DNA from: Stegostoma tigrinum
Taxonomy: Eukaryota
DNA: 62,151 bases
Assembly (NCBI RefSeq): GCF_030684315.1
Contig: NC_081358.1
Location: 34,723,828-34,785,978, forward strand
Direction: 5' to 3'
Shown here: piece by piece, positions 47,675 through 61,094 of the stretch
How positions within the stretch are numbered: the first letter of the stretch is position 1
Layout of the letters: every line of letters starts with the position of its first letter
Notes under the pieces: model-generated
Database searches by the model: none
The model's input: only the letters and a program-made list of their open reading frames with translations
What the model was told of the DNA's origin: nothing
Translations under genes and position numbers: made by a program

Positions 47675-49330
47675 CTTTAGATTAGAGTTAGCACAGAAAT
47701 AGACCCTTCAGCTCAACTTGTCCATGCTGACCAGATTCTCTAACTTGAACTATTCCCTTTTGCCAGCATTTGGCCCATATCCCTCTAAATGTTTCTTTTC
47801 CATGTACCTGTCCATATGCCTTTTAACTGTTGTAATTGTACCAGCCTCCACCACTCCCTCAGGCAGCTCATACCATATACACACCGCCCTCTGTATGAAA
47901 AAGTTGCCCCTTAGGTCCCTTTTGAATCTTTCCCCTCTCACCTTAAACCAATGCACTTTAGTTTCAGACTCCTCTAGGTTGGGGAAAAGACCTTTGCTAT
48001 TCACCTTATCTATTACCCTCATGCTTCTTTTTTAAAACCTCTATAAAGGTCACCCCTCAGTCTCTGATGCTCTGGGGAACAAGTCCCAGCCTAACCAGAC
48101 TTTCCATATAACGCAAGCTCTCTAGTCTCAGAAAAATCCTCAAATTGTTTTGTGCTCATTTCCAGTTTAATAACATCCTTTTTCTAAGAGGGCGACCAGA
48201 ATTGTACACAGAACACCAAATGTGTCCTCACCAACGTCTTGTATAGCTGTAACATGACATCCCAACTCCTATACTCAATGCTCTGACCAACGAGGGCAAG
48301 CATGCCAAATTCCTTCTTCACCACCCTGTCTACATATGACACCACTCTCAAGGAACTGCGTATCTGCACCCCTAGGTCTCTGTTCAACTCTTCCCAGAGC
48401 CCTATATTAACTGTATAAGTCTCGCCCTAGTTTGTCTGATCAAAAGGTAACACTTCACATTTATTCAAATTAAACTCCATCTGCCATTCCTTTGCCCAGT
48501 GGCCCAGTTGATCAATATTGTTTTACTCTTAGATAACCTTCTTCACTGTCCACTATACCACCACTTTTGGTGATATCCACAAACTTATTAGCCACGGCTC
48601 CAATATTCTCAGCTAAATTGTTTACGTAAATGATGAACAGCAGTGGATCCAGCATCCATCCTTGTGGTACAGCATTGGTCATGAGGCTCCAGGCTGAACA
48701 ACAAACATCTGCAACAGCTCTCTGTCACCTATCAAGACAATTTTGTATCCAGGTGGCTAGCTCTCCCTGGACCCCATGTGATCTAACCTCACTAACCAGG
48801 CTACCATGCAGAACCTTGTTGCTGGCCTTGCTAAACTCCCATGTAGACATTGTCTACCATTCTGCCGTCATCTGTCTTCTTGGCCAAACCTTCAAAAAGC
48901 TCAAGTTTGTCAGACACAATTTCCCTTGCACAAAGCTATGCTGTTTTTCCCTAATTTGTCCTTGCTTTTTTTAAATGCATGTCTCCTTCAATAGCTTACC
49001 CACCACTGACATCAGGCTCACCAGTCTGTAGTTCCCTGGCTTTCCCTTAACACCCTATCCTAAACAATGGCACCACACTAGCCCATCTCCACTCTTCCAG
49101 CACCTCACCTGTGGCTGTCAATGATAGAAATATCTATGCTAGGGCCTCCGTAATTTATTCCCTACCTTCCCAGATGTCCTGGAACGCAACTGAGCAGGTC
49201 CCAGGGATTTATTTACCAATTTGCATTTAAGGCCTCCAACACATCTTTTACAATGCAAATGCATTTCAAAATATCACACTTTATTTCCCCTAGTTTCCAT
49301 GTCTTTCTCCTTGACAAATACTGGTGAATA
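47675..49330 (-). mobile_element. CR1 LINE, 5'-truncated
   Basis: LYKTLVRTHL.FCVQFWSP; FKVRGERFKRDLRGNFF; tail (CTAAT)-like. Confidence 0.9.
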
Positions 49331-49334
49331 ATAT

Positions 49335-50640
49335 TTATTTAGGATTTCACTCATCAAGTGGATGCAGGATCTTTAAATATTTTAAGGCAGAGATAGATAG
49401 TTCTTCATGACCAAAGGAATGAAAGATTATCAGGGGTATGCAGGAATGAAGAATTGAGGTTAAAATCCAATCAACCATGATCGTATTGAATAGCAGATCA
49501 GTCTCATTGGGTGTATGGTCAGGTCATAGCCAGGGATACCAATGGTGGTGGCTGGGACATTGTAAGGTACAATTCTGAAAGCATGACTATATTAGGCTGT
49601 TGCTTGACTATCTTGTGGATCTGTTCTTCCAATTTTGCACACCCCCAACCCCTCAACCAAAATGTTAGAATGAATGACTGAAAGATTTGACATCGCTGTC
49701 ACTTCCAGTCCTTAGGTCGATAGCTGGTTTCATTCCTTCTCTTAGACTTTGTAGCAATTACATATAACTGAGTAGCTTGCTATAGGTCATACCAGAATGC
49801 ATTTAAGAGTCAAACACATTGCTGAGCGTCTACAGTCACATGTAGGCCAGGCCAGGCAAATCTTTCAAATCTCTTTCCTTAAAGAACATTCATGGAACTA
49901 TATCTGGTTACAAACTACCAATCACACTAGTGTTTGAGTGGTGTTACTTGAGAGTTTGGAAAATTGCACCCAGCAATCTTAGTGAAATAAATTATATCTA
50001 GGGTTCATGGCATATTACACATTTTTTTCCTTTGTGCATTGAAATATCTCCTCACATGAAACAAAAAGTCAACAACAGGTTATGCTAACAAAGGTTCTTA
50101 AGCACCATAATTCCCAAAGCAACTATCAGTCTTGATAACGACAATGCTGCTGCCTCTAGCTTGCCCATACGTCATTAATGCCTAAAAGGTGTTGAAATCT
50201 CGTGTATTAGTTGCTGTTTATTCTGTTGGTCTATAACAGAGTCTATTGGAATATTTCAGGATAGAGGTAAGATGCTATGAAAGCCATGAAACATGAAACC
50301 AAAACAGCATACGCTGGAAACACACTGATTAAACTTGTTAAACTGGTGACTTTTTCATGGGTTTGGAAAGGTCAGAGAATTGAAACACTGAACATCACCC
50401 CACATGCTATCGGATCTTCTAAGCATTTCAGGCATTTTCTGTTCTTATCTTTGTAAATAATGCCCACTGCTTTGTGATTTTTTTTTGTTCACCTGTGGGA
50501 TGTGCGTATCATTGGCATTTGCTGTCGCCCCCAGTTGCCCTGAAGATAGTGAACTTTCTTCCTGAACTGCTGCAGTCCACCTGTTATAGGAATTTGGACC
50601 CAGAAGCAGCAAAGAGCAAACACTATTTTTCCCTCTTACA
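49335..50640. mobile_element. Mixed old fragments: CR1 3' end (+, 49335..49520), L2-group LINE/SINE pieces (-, 49530..49900 and 50475..50640)
   Basis: FKAEIDSS tail region; reverse complement of the 3' end seen at 19200..19325. Confidence 0.55.
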
Positions 50641-52629
50641 GTGTGACTTTTGAAAGGTTTGGTAAGGATGATTTCTATTGAAGAACACATGACCACCAAA
50701 TCACGAGAGTATCTGTTAGTTTGTTCTAGATATTTGCTTTGGGAGGTACAGAGCCTTTAAATTGAATGGGCCTGTAACTGAAGATGATGCAGATGATTCA
50801 GATACCAGCTTCTAAATAACTAAAATTTGCTCAAAGCCATATCCTAAAAGTTGTGTTAATTCTGTGACAGACTTCCTGCCTGTCTTGCAGTTGTCTTTCC
50901 ATGGCCAAGGAAACAAACATTGCAAGATTCTGAGTCAAATCACATCGAATAAAGTTGGAGTTGACTTCACATCAATGTTATATGATGACATAAGACAATG
51001 TTAGCAAATGTTGAATTTGATAATTGAAAAGCATCATTACTACTGAAAAGTTGTCAAAACTACAGAACCAAGCTAGCTAGAATGATGCCATTACTGAATC
51101 ATATAAAATACAGGCAGAGGGAACTTGTATCAGTGGGCAGATTACTGTGAAATTTCACAGTTTTCATTCAAATACTGCAAATCAAATTTTAAGAATGCTA
51201 GAGAATATAGACATATTTTTAATTTGAATTGAATGATAAAATGTCACTTGTATTTAACAAATAAATGCAGTGAAAAGTGTAATATATCACCATGTTCTGG
51301 CACCACTTTGACTTATAGAAGATATTAAATTATAAGACTGAAATTAGGATATGAGACTTGTATGTAACAACACAGTCAGCATCCTCCATTCTTGTGCTCT
51401 GCTTGACATCAGCCGGGCTGGGTGGGGGGTGGTCACCAATGCCCTCCCATCACAGTCCATTCCAGGAAAACCAATTCACTCCTGCCACAGCCGAAGGCCA
51501 ACATCTGCAATTCCAATACCACCTTCTTTGCTAATGTCGCTGCGGTGCCCATTCCACCAGCTCCAGCACCAGACTTAACCAACAAAGTTGCTGATCCAGA
51601 GATGCCATCTTTTGCCGCTGGCCTACGTGGCTGACATCACCTCTACTGATACAGCAGCCACCAATTTCAATGCCAGGTCCTACGCTCAACCCTCCACCAG
51701 CTCCTCAGCCACCACCTTTCCAGAATATTCCACGAGTCTGCACTGGGCTCAGTTCAATTCACTAAAGTATGTTTAGCGATTTTCCCAATCTGTGTTAATT
51801 CCTACTTAAGTGTGAATGAATGTTGAACAAGAACGTGATACCTAAATCCTATTGATTATACGCTATTTAGAGAATTAGAGAAATGGGCTCTCATCTCTGA
51901 CCATGGCTACTCTAGAACTTGCACACTGTAGCCAGATAAATGGAAAATTAAGCAGTGTCTCAAAAACTGTACATTCAGGTAGCAAAAGGTCCAGTCTTTG
52001 TAGCCACAAAGTAACTAACTCTGCTTCAATGAAGCATGAGACCATTCCAAACATCCTCAAAGACAAATAATCAGAGGTGCACTCACTGCTGGTGTCTCAG
52101 TTGTAGTGTCAGAAGCTCCCACTCTAATCTTGGTCTCTGGTTCCATTCAATAGTATAATTGTAAAGTTCAGTGGTATGGTACAGAGGTGGGGTTCCAGTG
52201 GCAGTTGACAATGCAATTATAAAGCCAAGAATGACAGCTGAAGATTGATGTTTACACCCCAGCCGAAATGATGTTGAAGTGCTGGTCTCTCCTATTCATT
52301 CATGCAAATTATTCCACTAGTTCTCAATTTTCTAGATGACCATGGGTTTTATAAAACCACAAACATACTTGCACTAAACAGCGATTTCACTTAAAATTCA
52401 GAATTTGAAATGTTAAAAAAAAATAACAGCCAATCTATTCCTTCTGCAATGGCCATTTTTCAATTAAGTACCATCTTATGGGGATATTCTTCCATGTGTC
52501 TCCCTGATTCCAAAGTAAATGAAGCTAAACTGCAGGCTTCTTTATCAGCCTGTCTTGCTTCTAGGTTCCAGCATTTCCACCACCCCACCCCCCAACACCA
52601 TCTTGTTCCCTGCAGCTGCAAAAGGGAGG

Positions 52630-54720
52630 TCCAAAGGTTGTGTTATCTGTATGATGCTGGGGTTAAGGACATTTTCATGTAGCTGAAGATAAACTTGGTG
52701 TGGAAAGGAATGGATCAAATTGCTGTGGTCTACGTTGGAATGAATGTTCTAGGTAGAAGCAAGAATATTTTGCTGAGCTTGTGATTTCCAAATTAAAATG
52801 AAGCATGCCAAGTCTAATAATCCCTCCACTGCTAACTGAACAACACACCAATTGGTATAAGGTCAGGTAGGTTAAAAGAAATGTGTAGCTTACAAAGTGA
52901 TGCTGGAACATGGGATTTCAATCCATGGGGCAATGGTACCTAGACTTAGGCACGAGAACACTGTGGTATTTGCATGGGATTCTCTTCAGATGAGCTAGTA
53001 TTAATCGCCTGGTGAAGCACATTACCTAGGCTGCAGATAGGGATGCAAACCAACAGGGGTTATGCTGCTGCATAAGGGGAGGTTTAGATATTTAAAAAGA
53101 TCCAATCAATAGAACAGTGTGACAATGTGTGTAAATGATAAGCAGGGCCAAACAAGAAAGGCTAAAATGTTTAATGGTAATGATGTCAGTTGGCAAAGTC
53201 CATGGTTGGAGAAGCAAAAGTAAAAGTGTTTTAAGTGAATGCATGAAGAATCCAAAAATAAAAATAGATGGACTGGTGAAAGAACACCAAGACAGCAGTA
53301 AAGAAAATACTGGAAATTGTAACAAAAACAATGTTGTGGGAGAATTCACTTTTATATGGACTACAACAATGAAACTGGTAAAAATGTTCTGTAAGATGTG
53401 TTTGCTCAAAGGTTTTGTGATAGCTTCTTAGGTATGGAACCAACCAGGAAAAATGCCAGTTAGGATTGTGCGATGAGGATCTGTTTGTTAGAAATGGTCA
53501 CTGACCATCACTGAATCCCATCATAAAATTTGGAAGAGATATTAAACACAAAAAGAAATCTTAAAGTTATTTACATTGGTACAGAGAGCGCGAACTGGCT
53601 CAGGTCAATTGGGTACATGGACTAAATGATTTGCAGGTAAAACAGTGAAACATTGAAATAAACTATGAAAATTGTCCCAACAAAAATTATATTCCATTAA
53701 AAAACAAAGAACGAACTATCCACAATTTAGTAACATTAGACAGGATTACATTAAATATAGGATTGGAGAGTGGAAGCTGTCCATTCAGACATTCATTTAA
53801 TAAGAACCGAGATGCCAGCTCCACTTTCGTGTGTGCCAACCCTAGCTCTCTCTCATTTGTCTGTCAAGATACTCAATAATCCACCTAAAGAATAAATTCA
53901 ATGATCCAATGAAATAAACTTAAAATGTTTTAAAGAATATGCCTGAGAATTAGGAATATTCTAATTACCAGAAATGAGCCAGCAAATGACAGATAAAAAA
54001 ATCCAGAAAAAAATTATAACTAACTAGCCAGGAATTTTTTTTTTTAAAGAAGTGTTTTTATAAGTTTATTTGAATAAAGGAGCTAAATTACATACCAGCC
54101 CATTGAAAAACAGGAGTACTAAATCACAAGGAATGAAGTGGCAGAAACATTGAACAGATACTTTGCACCTATCTTCACAGCTGCAGACAAGTTAGATATC
54201 TGACAGAGGATAACCTAGGGCTGAATGCATAAGGAAATTAAGGCAGTTGATGTTAGCAAAGTACTGGAGAACTTGAAGGACTAAAATCCAACAAATCTCT
54301 AGGAACTGATATCCTACACCCTAGATTTTGAAGAGAGAGCCATCAGGTATTGCAAGCACTAGTTATGATTTTCCAAAATTTACAAGATTCTAGAACAATT
54401 TCAGAAGATTGGAAGTTGGCCAATGTATCACTGTCTTCTCCTTTCTCTGAATAGCAAAGTGGGGACTAAAGGCTAGTTAATCTGACATCATTTCTATGGA
54501 AAGTGTTAGAGAGAGAAAATATATATATAGCTTTATAAAGAATATATTATTGAGAAAATTCTCATTATGCAATGAGAAAATCATAGAACAGATCACTACC
54601 AACTTGGTTTACAAAAGGGAAATTGTTTGATAGATTGTCTTTTTTTTGAACATGTAATTAGTTGATGATGAAAGAGGAACCAGATGTATTATCTGGTAGA
54701 TCATGTGTATATCAACCTTT
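52630..54720 (+). mobile_element. Very old CR1 including ORF1 esterase-like relic and ORF2
   Basis: AGVKDI, YVGMN, GFQSMGQW..WDSL (SGNH esterase-like ORF1), then KSLGTD.LHP and DWKLANV. Confidence 0.6.
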
Positions 54721-54756
54721 GAAGCTTTGAAAAATCTTTCCAAATATAGGGGTTGA

Positions 54757-54869
54757 ATTAGTCATTTTAATCAATCTGTTCAGGCATATTATTACATACC
54801 TTTGCACAGATGCATTGCTAGGGCCTACTGGTCCAGAGGTAGGGCACTCCCATTGAACCACAAGAGTCC
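54757..54869 (-). mobile_element. Short tRNA-derived SINE with 10-bp TSD
   Basis: TSD TAGGGGTTGA at 54747..54756 and 54870..54879; related to 14458..14582. Confidence 0.65.
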
Positions 54870-56979
54870 TAGGGGTTGATTTATATGCTTGGTATAAAAT
54901 ATGAACCCCAATTATTGATGCAAATTATCACTGAAAAGTGAAAAAGAGACCAATAATTAAATTTAATCTTTTTCCTTCTAGTTTAATGAAATAACTCTAT
55001 GATAGGTTGAGCCACAATCATAATGCTTAAAAACTATAAAATTGTCTTCAGCATCTGCACATAATTCATCAAATTCTCAAGTAACATTGGCTGGAACATC
55101 ATTGGGGCTGCACTCTGGATCAGAGAACACTTTCCATTTTATAATCATCCTATCACAACAAATTATCTTCCATTGAACTGGATAGATTAGAATGTTTGGT
55201 TGCTGGGCATATTAAAACTCATGGGTATTCATCCATGTTGCCAATGTGACATATTGGGTATATGTACTTTACTGCTGATAAATCACTAGAAAACAGTCTG
55301 TCAGTCTGCATAATCTTGGTCTGCCACAACAGAGATTTATTTTCATTCTGTGTCAAGTACCAATTGCTCTGAAAACTCAAGTATCTACATGTGCATTTCT
55401 GGATATGATGCAACTATTTTGACAATTTCAAGGATCCATTTCAAAACAAAATCTCACATTCAGCCCAGTCCCTGTTCTAATGACATTGGGAAACTTCTTT
55501 CAGATTTAATTCCTTCTTCCATGCTTGCAATGGGTTTTCACTAAAATCTAATTTCCTCGTTGCAGAAGTTATTTGATGAGTTTGCAAACCTTATGATTAT
55601 TGCCTTGAAACCAGCTCAACTCTTCATTCTTTTCAGAGAATAGGGAAATGGGTATAAAACATATGAGAGGCCATGGAGATGAACGAAGTGCTTTAAGTGA
55701 GGGTTGAAGCTGGAGGAACTTTTATCTGTCTTAGTTTCTTTAACACGTTGCTGCCTTTCTGTTACACTCCCCCTCAGAAATTGGTATCCAGCTCCCCTCG
55801 TCCAAGGCTGCCCCAGGTCAAAACGGGAGCTTTGGATGGGTTTGTGGAGCTATGACCTTCCATGCCTTTGTGGAACTGACTCAGGAATAAAAATCAAGGT
55901 TCTATTTTTTAGGAGGAATATTTTCGGAACTCCAAGAAATTAGCAAAAATGAGAAAGGTGAGAAGCAGTGGTAGCAACTGGAAAAGTTAAGAAATTGAAC
56001 TAAATAAACTCATTATTGCTGGAATTTAACCTTCCTTGGGCTTAGTATCGTAATCACAACTGTTTTTTTCAAAGAATATTGTTAATCACAATTAATGCTT
56101 AACTATGTGAAGTAACAAACTGTACCATCTCACAGTGTAGTATATAACTCTTGATTACGATAAACACACAAAAATGTGAATAAATGGTACCGGCTACCAA
56201 ATAAATTTTCTATCGTTTAATGTATACTCAAATAACTCAGACTTAACAAGAAATGGTTAACATCTGAGTGCAAGGGACAATTTTCCAAGAGTGAAAATCG
56301 TAAACAACTTCACATTTCCATACAGAACAACTCCTTTTGAAAGCTGCAATATCGGATTTATTATTCACTGACCGTGAAACAATTGAAACTCACATCACAC
56401 AAGAAATACTGCATTACAATTTCAAGGTTCCTCTTCAAGCAGGTTAACGTAGGTTTCAGAAAGTATTTGCTGGAAATCAGGCCACGGCTAACCAAATTTA
56501 AACTCACTGTCAGACATCAGTGGTAAAGGATAGCACTGCAACGCAATGGAGTTGGGAATCTCCGTCTTTCCTAAAACAGCCTTAGGCTTATCAACAGCCT
56601 ACACCACGTTTGGTGCTTTGGGCTATACAATGTTGCCTGCTAAGTGAGAAAGGCAGTTTAATCTGATGGATCTTGACTTTAGAAGCTACCAAAAATATAT
56701 GCTGTGCATTCTATCAGCATTTTTAACTAGTGGAAACAGAACAGAATATAATGAAACCAGGATGCCTAATACTGAATTGGTTTAATAATAAAGCTAAATT
56801 TCATTGTATCTTTAAGTACATGTATTGTCCATTTGTAAACATTTACTTCACCAACAAAAACGAAAAAAAAAACCTTTTTCAGAATATGGTATGTGTTTCT
56901 ATTGCTACTAAGCAACGCAACTAGTGAATACCAATCATAATTTGGTTTCTCTAGATTTTTGCTTGTTCTACAGTACATG

Positions 56980-57868
56980 TCACTGCATATCATGGGTCAC
57001 TTTTATTAAAAGCATTGTTACTACAGTTGGCAGCAATTTACATCTTATCTTACATGATAGCAGTTTTCAAAATTGTTTAAAAAAACATCACAACAAAGAA
57101 AACATACATTTACAAAGTCATGTTTGTAAACTTCAATGCTAGTAGAACTGAGGTAATGCTGTTTAGCTTTGTGGCTAAAGTAACAAAGTCCTTTCTTCAG
57201 AGAAATGTACCTGAATTTTGTTTATAACAGTGCATTACAAGAAAAAAAAATCATGAGACAATGCAAATCAACTGTAGTTTAAGTCAGAAATTGTGGTCAC
57301 CCTTTAGGCGTTTTATTGTCCAGATTTTTTTTTAAAAAAACATTCAACAGCTGCCAAGTTATTGCTGTGCCTCTGGGGTGAGACTTTCACACTATCGTGG
57401 GGATTGTCAGTGTGGACTCTATTTACAGTCAAATCTATAGGCATGATATGTTCTACAATGACTTTTGTCCATCTGTGCTCTTCACAGCAATGTTAAATAT
57501 ACATCTTCATTATTCCTTTATAAGCAGAACTGCTTCGGTCACTAACAATCACATGCCATGATTGAAGTTTGCTGCGTATCTCAAATTACTACTGGTGAAA
57601 AATAAAAAGCAGAGCATTTGTTTTAACTTCATTGTTTAAATTCAGACACAATTTTGTACTTGATATCACTTCTATGATAATAAATAATGCACTGCATAAT
57701 ACTTATGACCAAGACATCTTTGACATCTGCATAACATGACTTGGAACTTTGCTACACTATGTTACAGAGATAGCTTAAAAAAAACTATGCGCGGACATTT
57801 AATGAATATGTAAACAGTAGGACTACAACTTGAAGAGTTTTAAAACACTTAAGTAACTGGAAATGTAA
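56980..57868 (-). other. CHD7: CHD7 3' UTR
   Basis: Follows the TAA stop; repeat-free and AU-rich; AATAAA at 57002..57007. The 3' end is inferred. Confidence 0.8.
57002..57007 (-). terminator. Polyadenylation signal AATAAA
   Basis: Minus strand ...AACAATGCTTTT-AATAAA-AGTGACCC, with upstream UGUA motifs. Confidence 0.7.
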
Positions 57869-58780
57869 TTAATCCTCGTCATCATCTTCTCCCTCAACTG
57901 AGTCCAACCCTGTTGCCTGTGCCAACTCATCTTCCAGAAGGGAAGAATCTGCTGCTTTACTTGGGCTTCCCAAAGGATCACTGTCATCTGAATTGGCTTC
58001 TCCTTCCATAAAACTGTTGTCCTCAGTTTTGCCATCTGTCTTATCCTCCTTATCATCATTTGAGCCCATTGTGCTCTGTAGTCCAGCCAGTGTATTATGA
58101 GGAAAACCAGACAAAGTCATACCCAAACCAGGAGGAAGAAACATGGATGGGTAGAATAATCCAGGAGCCATAGTGGAAAGTAAGAATGGATTGAAAGCAA
58201 GAGGGTTGTTGGATAGTCCAGTGTTTGCAGGAGCTGTGAAGGAACTGGAACTTGCATTATTAGAATCAACAGCAGATTCAGCACTGTTTATTTCCTTATC
58301 TTCATTTTCCTTATCATTTTCTTTATCATTTTCTGTTTTAGAGGAGATCCCACTTTCTGTTTCACTTGGACCTGATGTTGCAGAAGTACCAGGCGTAGCA
58401 GTCAAGGGGTTGCTTAACAAGCTTCCCAGTCCGAACATATTGGGCAGCCCTGCCATGCCTGGAAGCATTAGCGGTAATAAGGAAGCAGGGTTTTTTGCAT
58501 CTCCTCCTGTAGCTGTTGTAGCAAGACTTGATGGGAAGCCCATCAGTCCAGCTAAATGAAGATTCTGCAGATTCTGTAAATTCTGCAGGCTTGCTAGATC
58601 CATTCCAGCAAAGAGACTGTTCATCAGTAGTGGGTTTATTCCTGAGGCTGAAGCAGCAGCAGCAGCTGCAGCAGCTTTGGCAATCTCACTTTTAGGCCGT
58701 CTCCCTCTTCGACTTGCTCCCTCCTCTCGAACAACTGGTCCAGTGAGAACACGGTCAAACATGGACTCTGGTAGAAAACC
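57869..58780 (-). CDS. CHD7: Chromodomain-helicase-DNA-binding protein 7, last coding exon
   Basis: Acceptor TCTTTTTCAG then [43 protein letters not shown]...[29 protein letters not shown]...[10 protein letters not shown], recognisable as the CHD7 C-terminus; TAA at 57869..57871. The ATG at 58762 is internal. Confidence 0.97.
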   Translation of the reverse strand, partial: GFLPESMFDRVLTGPVVREEGASRRGRRPKSEIAKAAAAAAAASASGINPLLMNSLFAGMDLASLQNLQNLQNLHLAGLMGFPSSLATTATGGDAKNPASLLPLMLPGMAGLPNMFGLGSLLSNPLTATPGTSATSGPSETESGISSKTENDKENDKENEDKEINSAESAVDSNNASSSSFTAPANTGLSNNPLAFNPFLLSTMAPGLFYPSMFLPPGLGMTLSGFPHNTLAGLQSTMGSNDDKEDKTDGKTEDNSFMEGEANSDDSDPLGSPSKAADSSLLEDELAQATGLDSVEGEDDDED

Positions 58781-59337
58781 CTGAAAAAGACAACCGTCAT
58801 GTCATTGCAATAATTTCTAAAGTCCCCTAAATGCACCTTGTCGAAACGCAAGGAGCAGCCGATGACTGTCCCCTTTCAACATAATTTAACAAATACCAGA
58901 TTGACCAACAAATACCATAAATAGCACAGTGACAAACTGAAGTCTTAAAGTATTGTAACTATTCCTGGACAAGGAACAGTCTCTCCCAGAAATTATATAT
59001 CACGTTGTGGACTCCTGCAATTCAATATTACAAAATTTCATCTTTACATTGTTGCGCATTTTGAAGAATAACATTTTAAGTTGAGTTTCAGGCATTTCTA
59101 AGCAAATCAGTATGTGCTACAATTTAGTTCAAAAAAGTAAAGTGCATCCATTAGCTATAACCTTAATTGATTCATCTTACAAACTTGGCTACCCCCTAAA
59201 TAAACGATTTTGCTGATGGGAAATGGAGTTTTGTTTCAGAAATCAAAGTCAAAACATAAGACATTTTACGTAGCCTGTGTGAGTGCATTTATTTTGTTTT
59301 ACTAACACGAACATAAGACAAGAATAGCTACACTTAC

Positions 59338-59442
59338 AGACTGCTTGACAACATCAGCCCAATCAGGTGCAACAGCAAACTCAGGATTTTCTTCAAGCCA
59401 TCTCGGTAGATCCTTCATTGGTGGGGCCATAGCACCGCCCAT
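59338..59442 (-). CDS. CHD7: CHD7 penultimate coding exon (105 nt, end of second BRK domain)
   Basis: TTTAG|ATGGGC...CAGTCT|GTAAGT encodes [35 protein letters not shown]; phase 0 join to the last exon across a 557-nt intron. Too short for the ORF track. Confidence 0.97.
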
Positions 59443-60369
59443 CTAAACAAATTCAGGGAAACAAAGTATTAATACCTTCAGTAGCATATTCATTTTTATT
59501 ACATTGAATTTTAGCATTAGAGAGGTGAATATGAGTGCATTGCATTCCTTTTTTGAAAAAATTTCCCTTTGGCAAATTTATCATGAAAGTTCAGCATTTC
59601 CAAACCACTGCAAACAAAATTACCTAATTCCAAGTGGCCATTAGTGAGGGTCTGAACGCAAGTTGCCACATTCCAAAACTAGTATTCACCTCCATATAGA
59701 TAGTAAAGAAATTAAGCTATTGATTATTCCAATACTGAAAAAGGAGAAATATGCACAATAATTTTCAATAGATTTATCATTTGGATTATCATAATGCAGC
59801 AATTAAATCCCCTCCCAAAAAACTGCATCAGGAACTAAAATGTTTGATCATCATCTAGATTTTCAGTTTCAAAGACTACAATATAATTTTAAAAACTTAA
59901 GTATACCTCTTCAGTTTGTTTAGTTAGCAGGGGCTTTAGCTCAGAGTCAGAAGTTGTCTATTCCAGTGTTAATTCAGAGTGTGAGCATCAGTGTAGTACT
60001 GAGAGTATTTTCATTATCATAAGTTATGTAGTTTGGATGTATCAATCATCTAATGGGTTATTTTGTTATCCTGGTGGTTATAAAAGATTTGTCAACACTA
60101 TTCAAAGAGCTGTAAAGTGTTTGCCGGGTATCAGCCAATGTTCCTTCATCAAGAAAATATTTACTAATACAAAAAGCAGGACAAATCCAACCTGGCTAAT
60201 ACTGTTCCAATCTACTCTCAATCAAGTAAGTTGAGGGAAGGTCACAGTGCTGTCAAGTAACACTTGCCCAGCAATTACCTGAGTGATGCCCAGTTTGGGT
60301 TCTACCAGGGCCACTCATCTCCTGACCTCGTTACAGCCTTGGTTCAAATATGAACATAAAGCCAAGAAT

Positions 60370-61094
60370 ACATATATAGCATCTTTAGAAACAACGGTCA
60401 CCCGAAAAGCATAGCCCACCAACGCCTACACAATAGACCACAACAGGAAGACACACACAGCTAAAGACACTAGTCACCCTACTACACATTAAGGACATAC
60501 CTGAAACGACTACCAGATTGCTCCACCCCTTGAAAATCAATGGTAGCCCACATACCGACAGCTACACTATGAGAGCTACTGACGAGAATAAAGGCTTCGA
60601 TAACCACAACGAACAAAACCAACGTTAATTACAAGATACCATCCAAAGACCACCAAAAAACATTACAAAGGGCAAACCAGAAGGAAACTAGCCATGAGGA
60701 TTCATGAACACCAACTAGCTACCAAGAGACATGACCAATTATCACTAAACAAAATACACATGGACAAAGAGGGGCATCAATTTGACTGGGACAACATAGC
60801 CATCCTTGGACAAGCTAACCAAAGACACATACAAGAATTCCTGGAGGGGTGCCACTCAAACCGGAACTCCATATACCAGCCGCTGAGAAACAAATCTGGA
60901 AGTGATGCCACCCACCCCAGCAAGCTGAGACACACCAGTAACAAGCAGCTTAGAACACCGATGCTTCACCAGAGGCGCACTGATAACGTTACCTAGCATG
61001 GTGATGAAACATTTGCAAACAAACTTACCAGCTCGGCGAGCAAGTCAAATGACTGCATCAACAACCTGAGCTACAAATCTTCTCAAAAGTCTTG
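60370..61094 (+). mobile_element. Penelope-like element 3' part (GIY-YIG) with terminal hammerhead motif
   Basis: KTNVNYKIP...HYKGQTRRKLAMRIHEHQLATKRHDQLSL...HQFDWDNIAILGQA..EFLE. Confidence 0.85.
60977..61016 (+). ncRNA. Degenerate type I hammerhead motif
   Basis: GCA-CUGAUAA-C-GUUACC(UAGCAU)GGUGAU-GAAAC-AUU-UGC: stems I and II are visible, but core G8 is changed to A. Confidence 0.55.

Noticed and set aside
51400-51770. GC-richer island with short ORFs
   Set aside because: No recognisable protein motif or convincing splice sites; probably an old repeat that I cannot classify.
58173-58851. Overlapping ORFs 58173..58559 (+) and 58636..58851 (-)
   Set aside because: Antisense and alternative-frame shadows of the CHD7 last exon.
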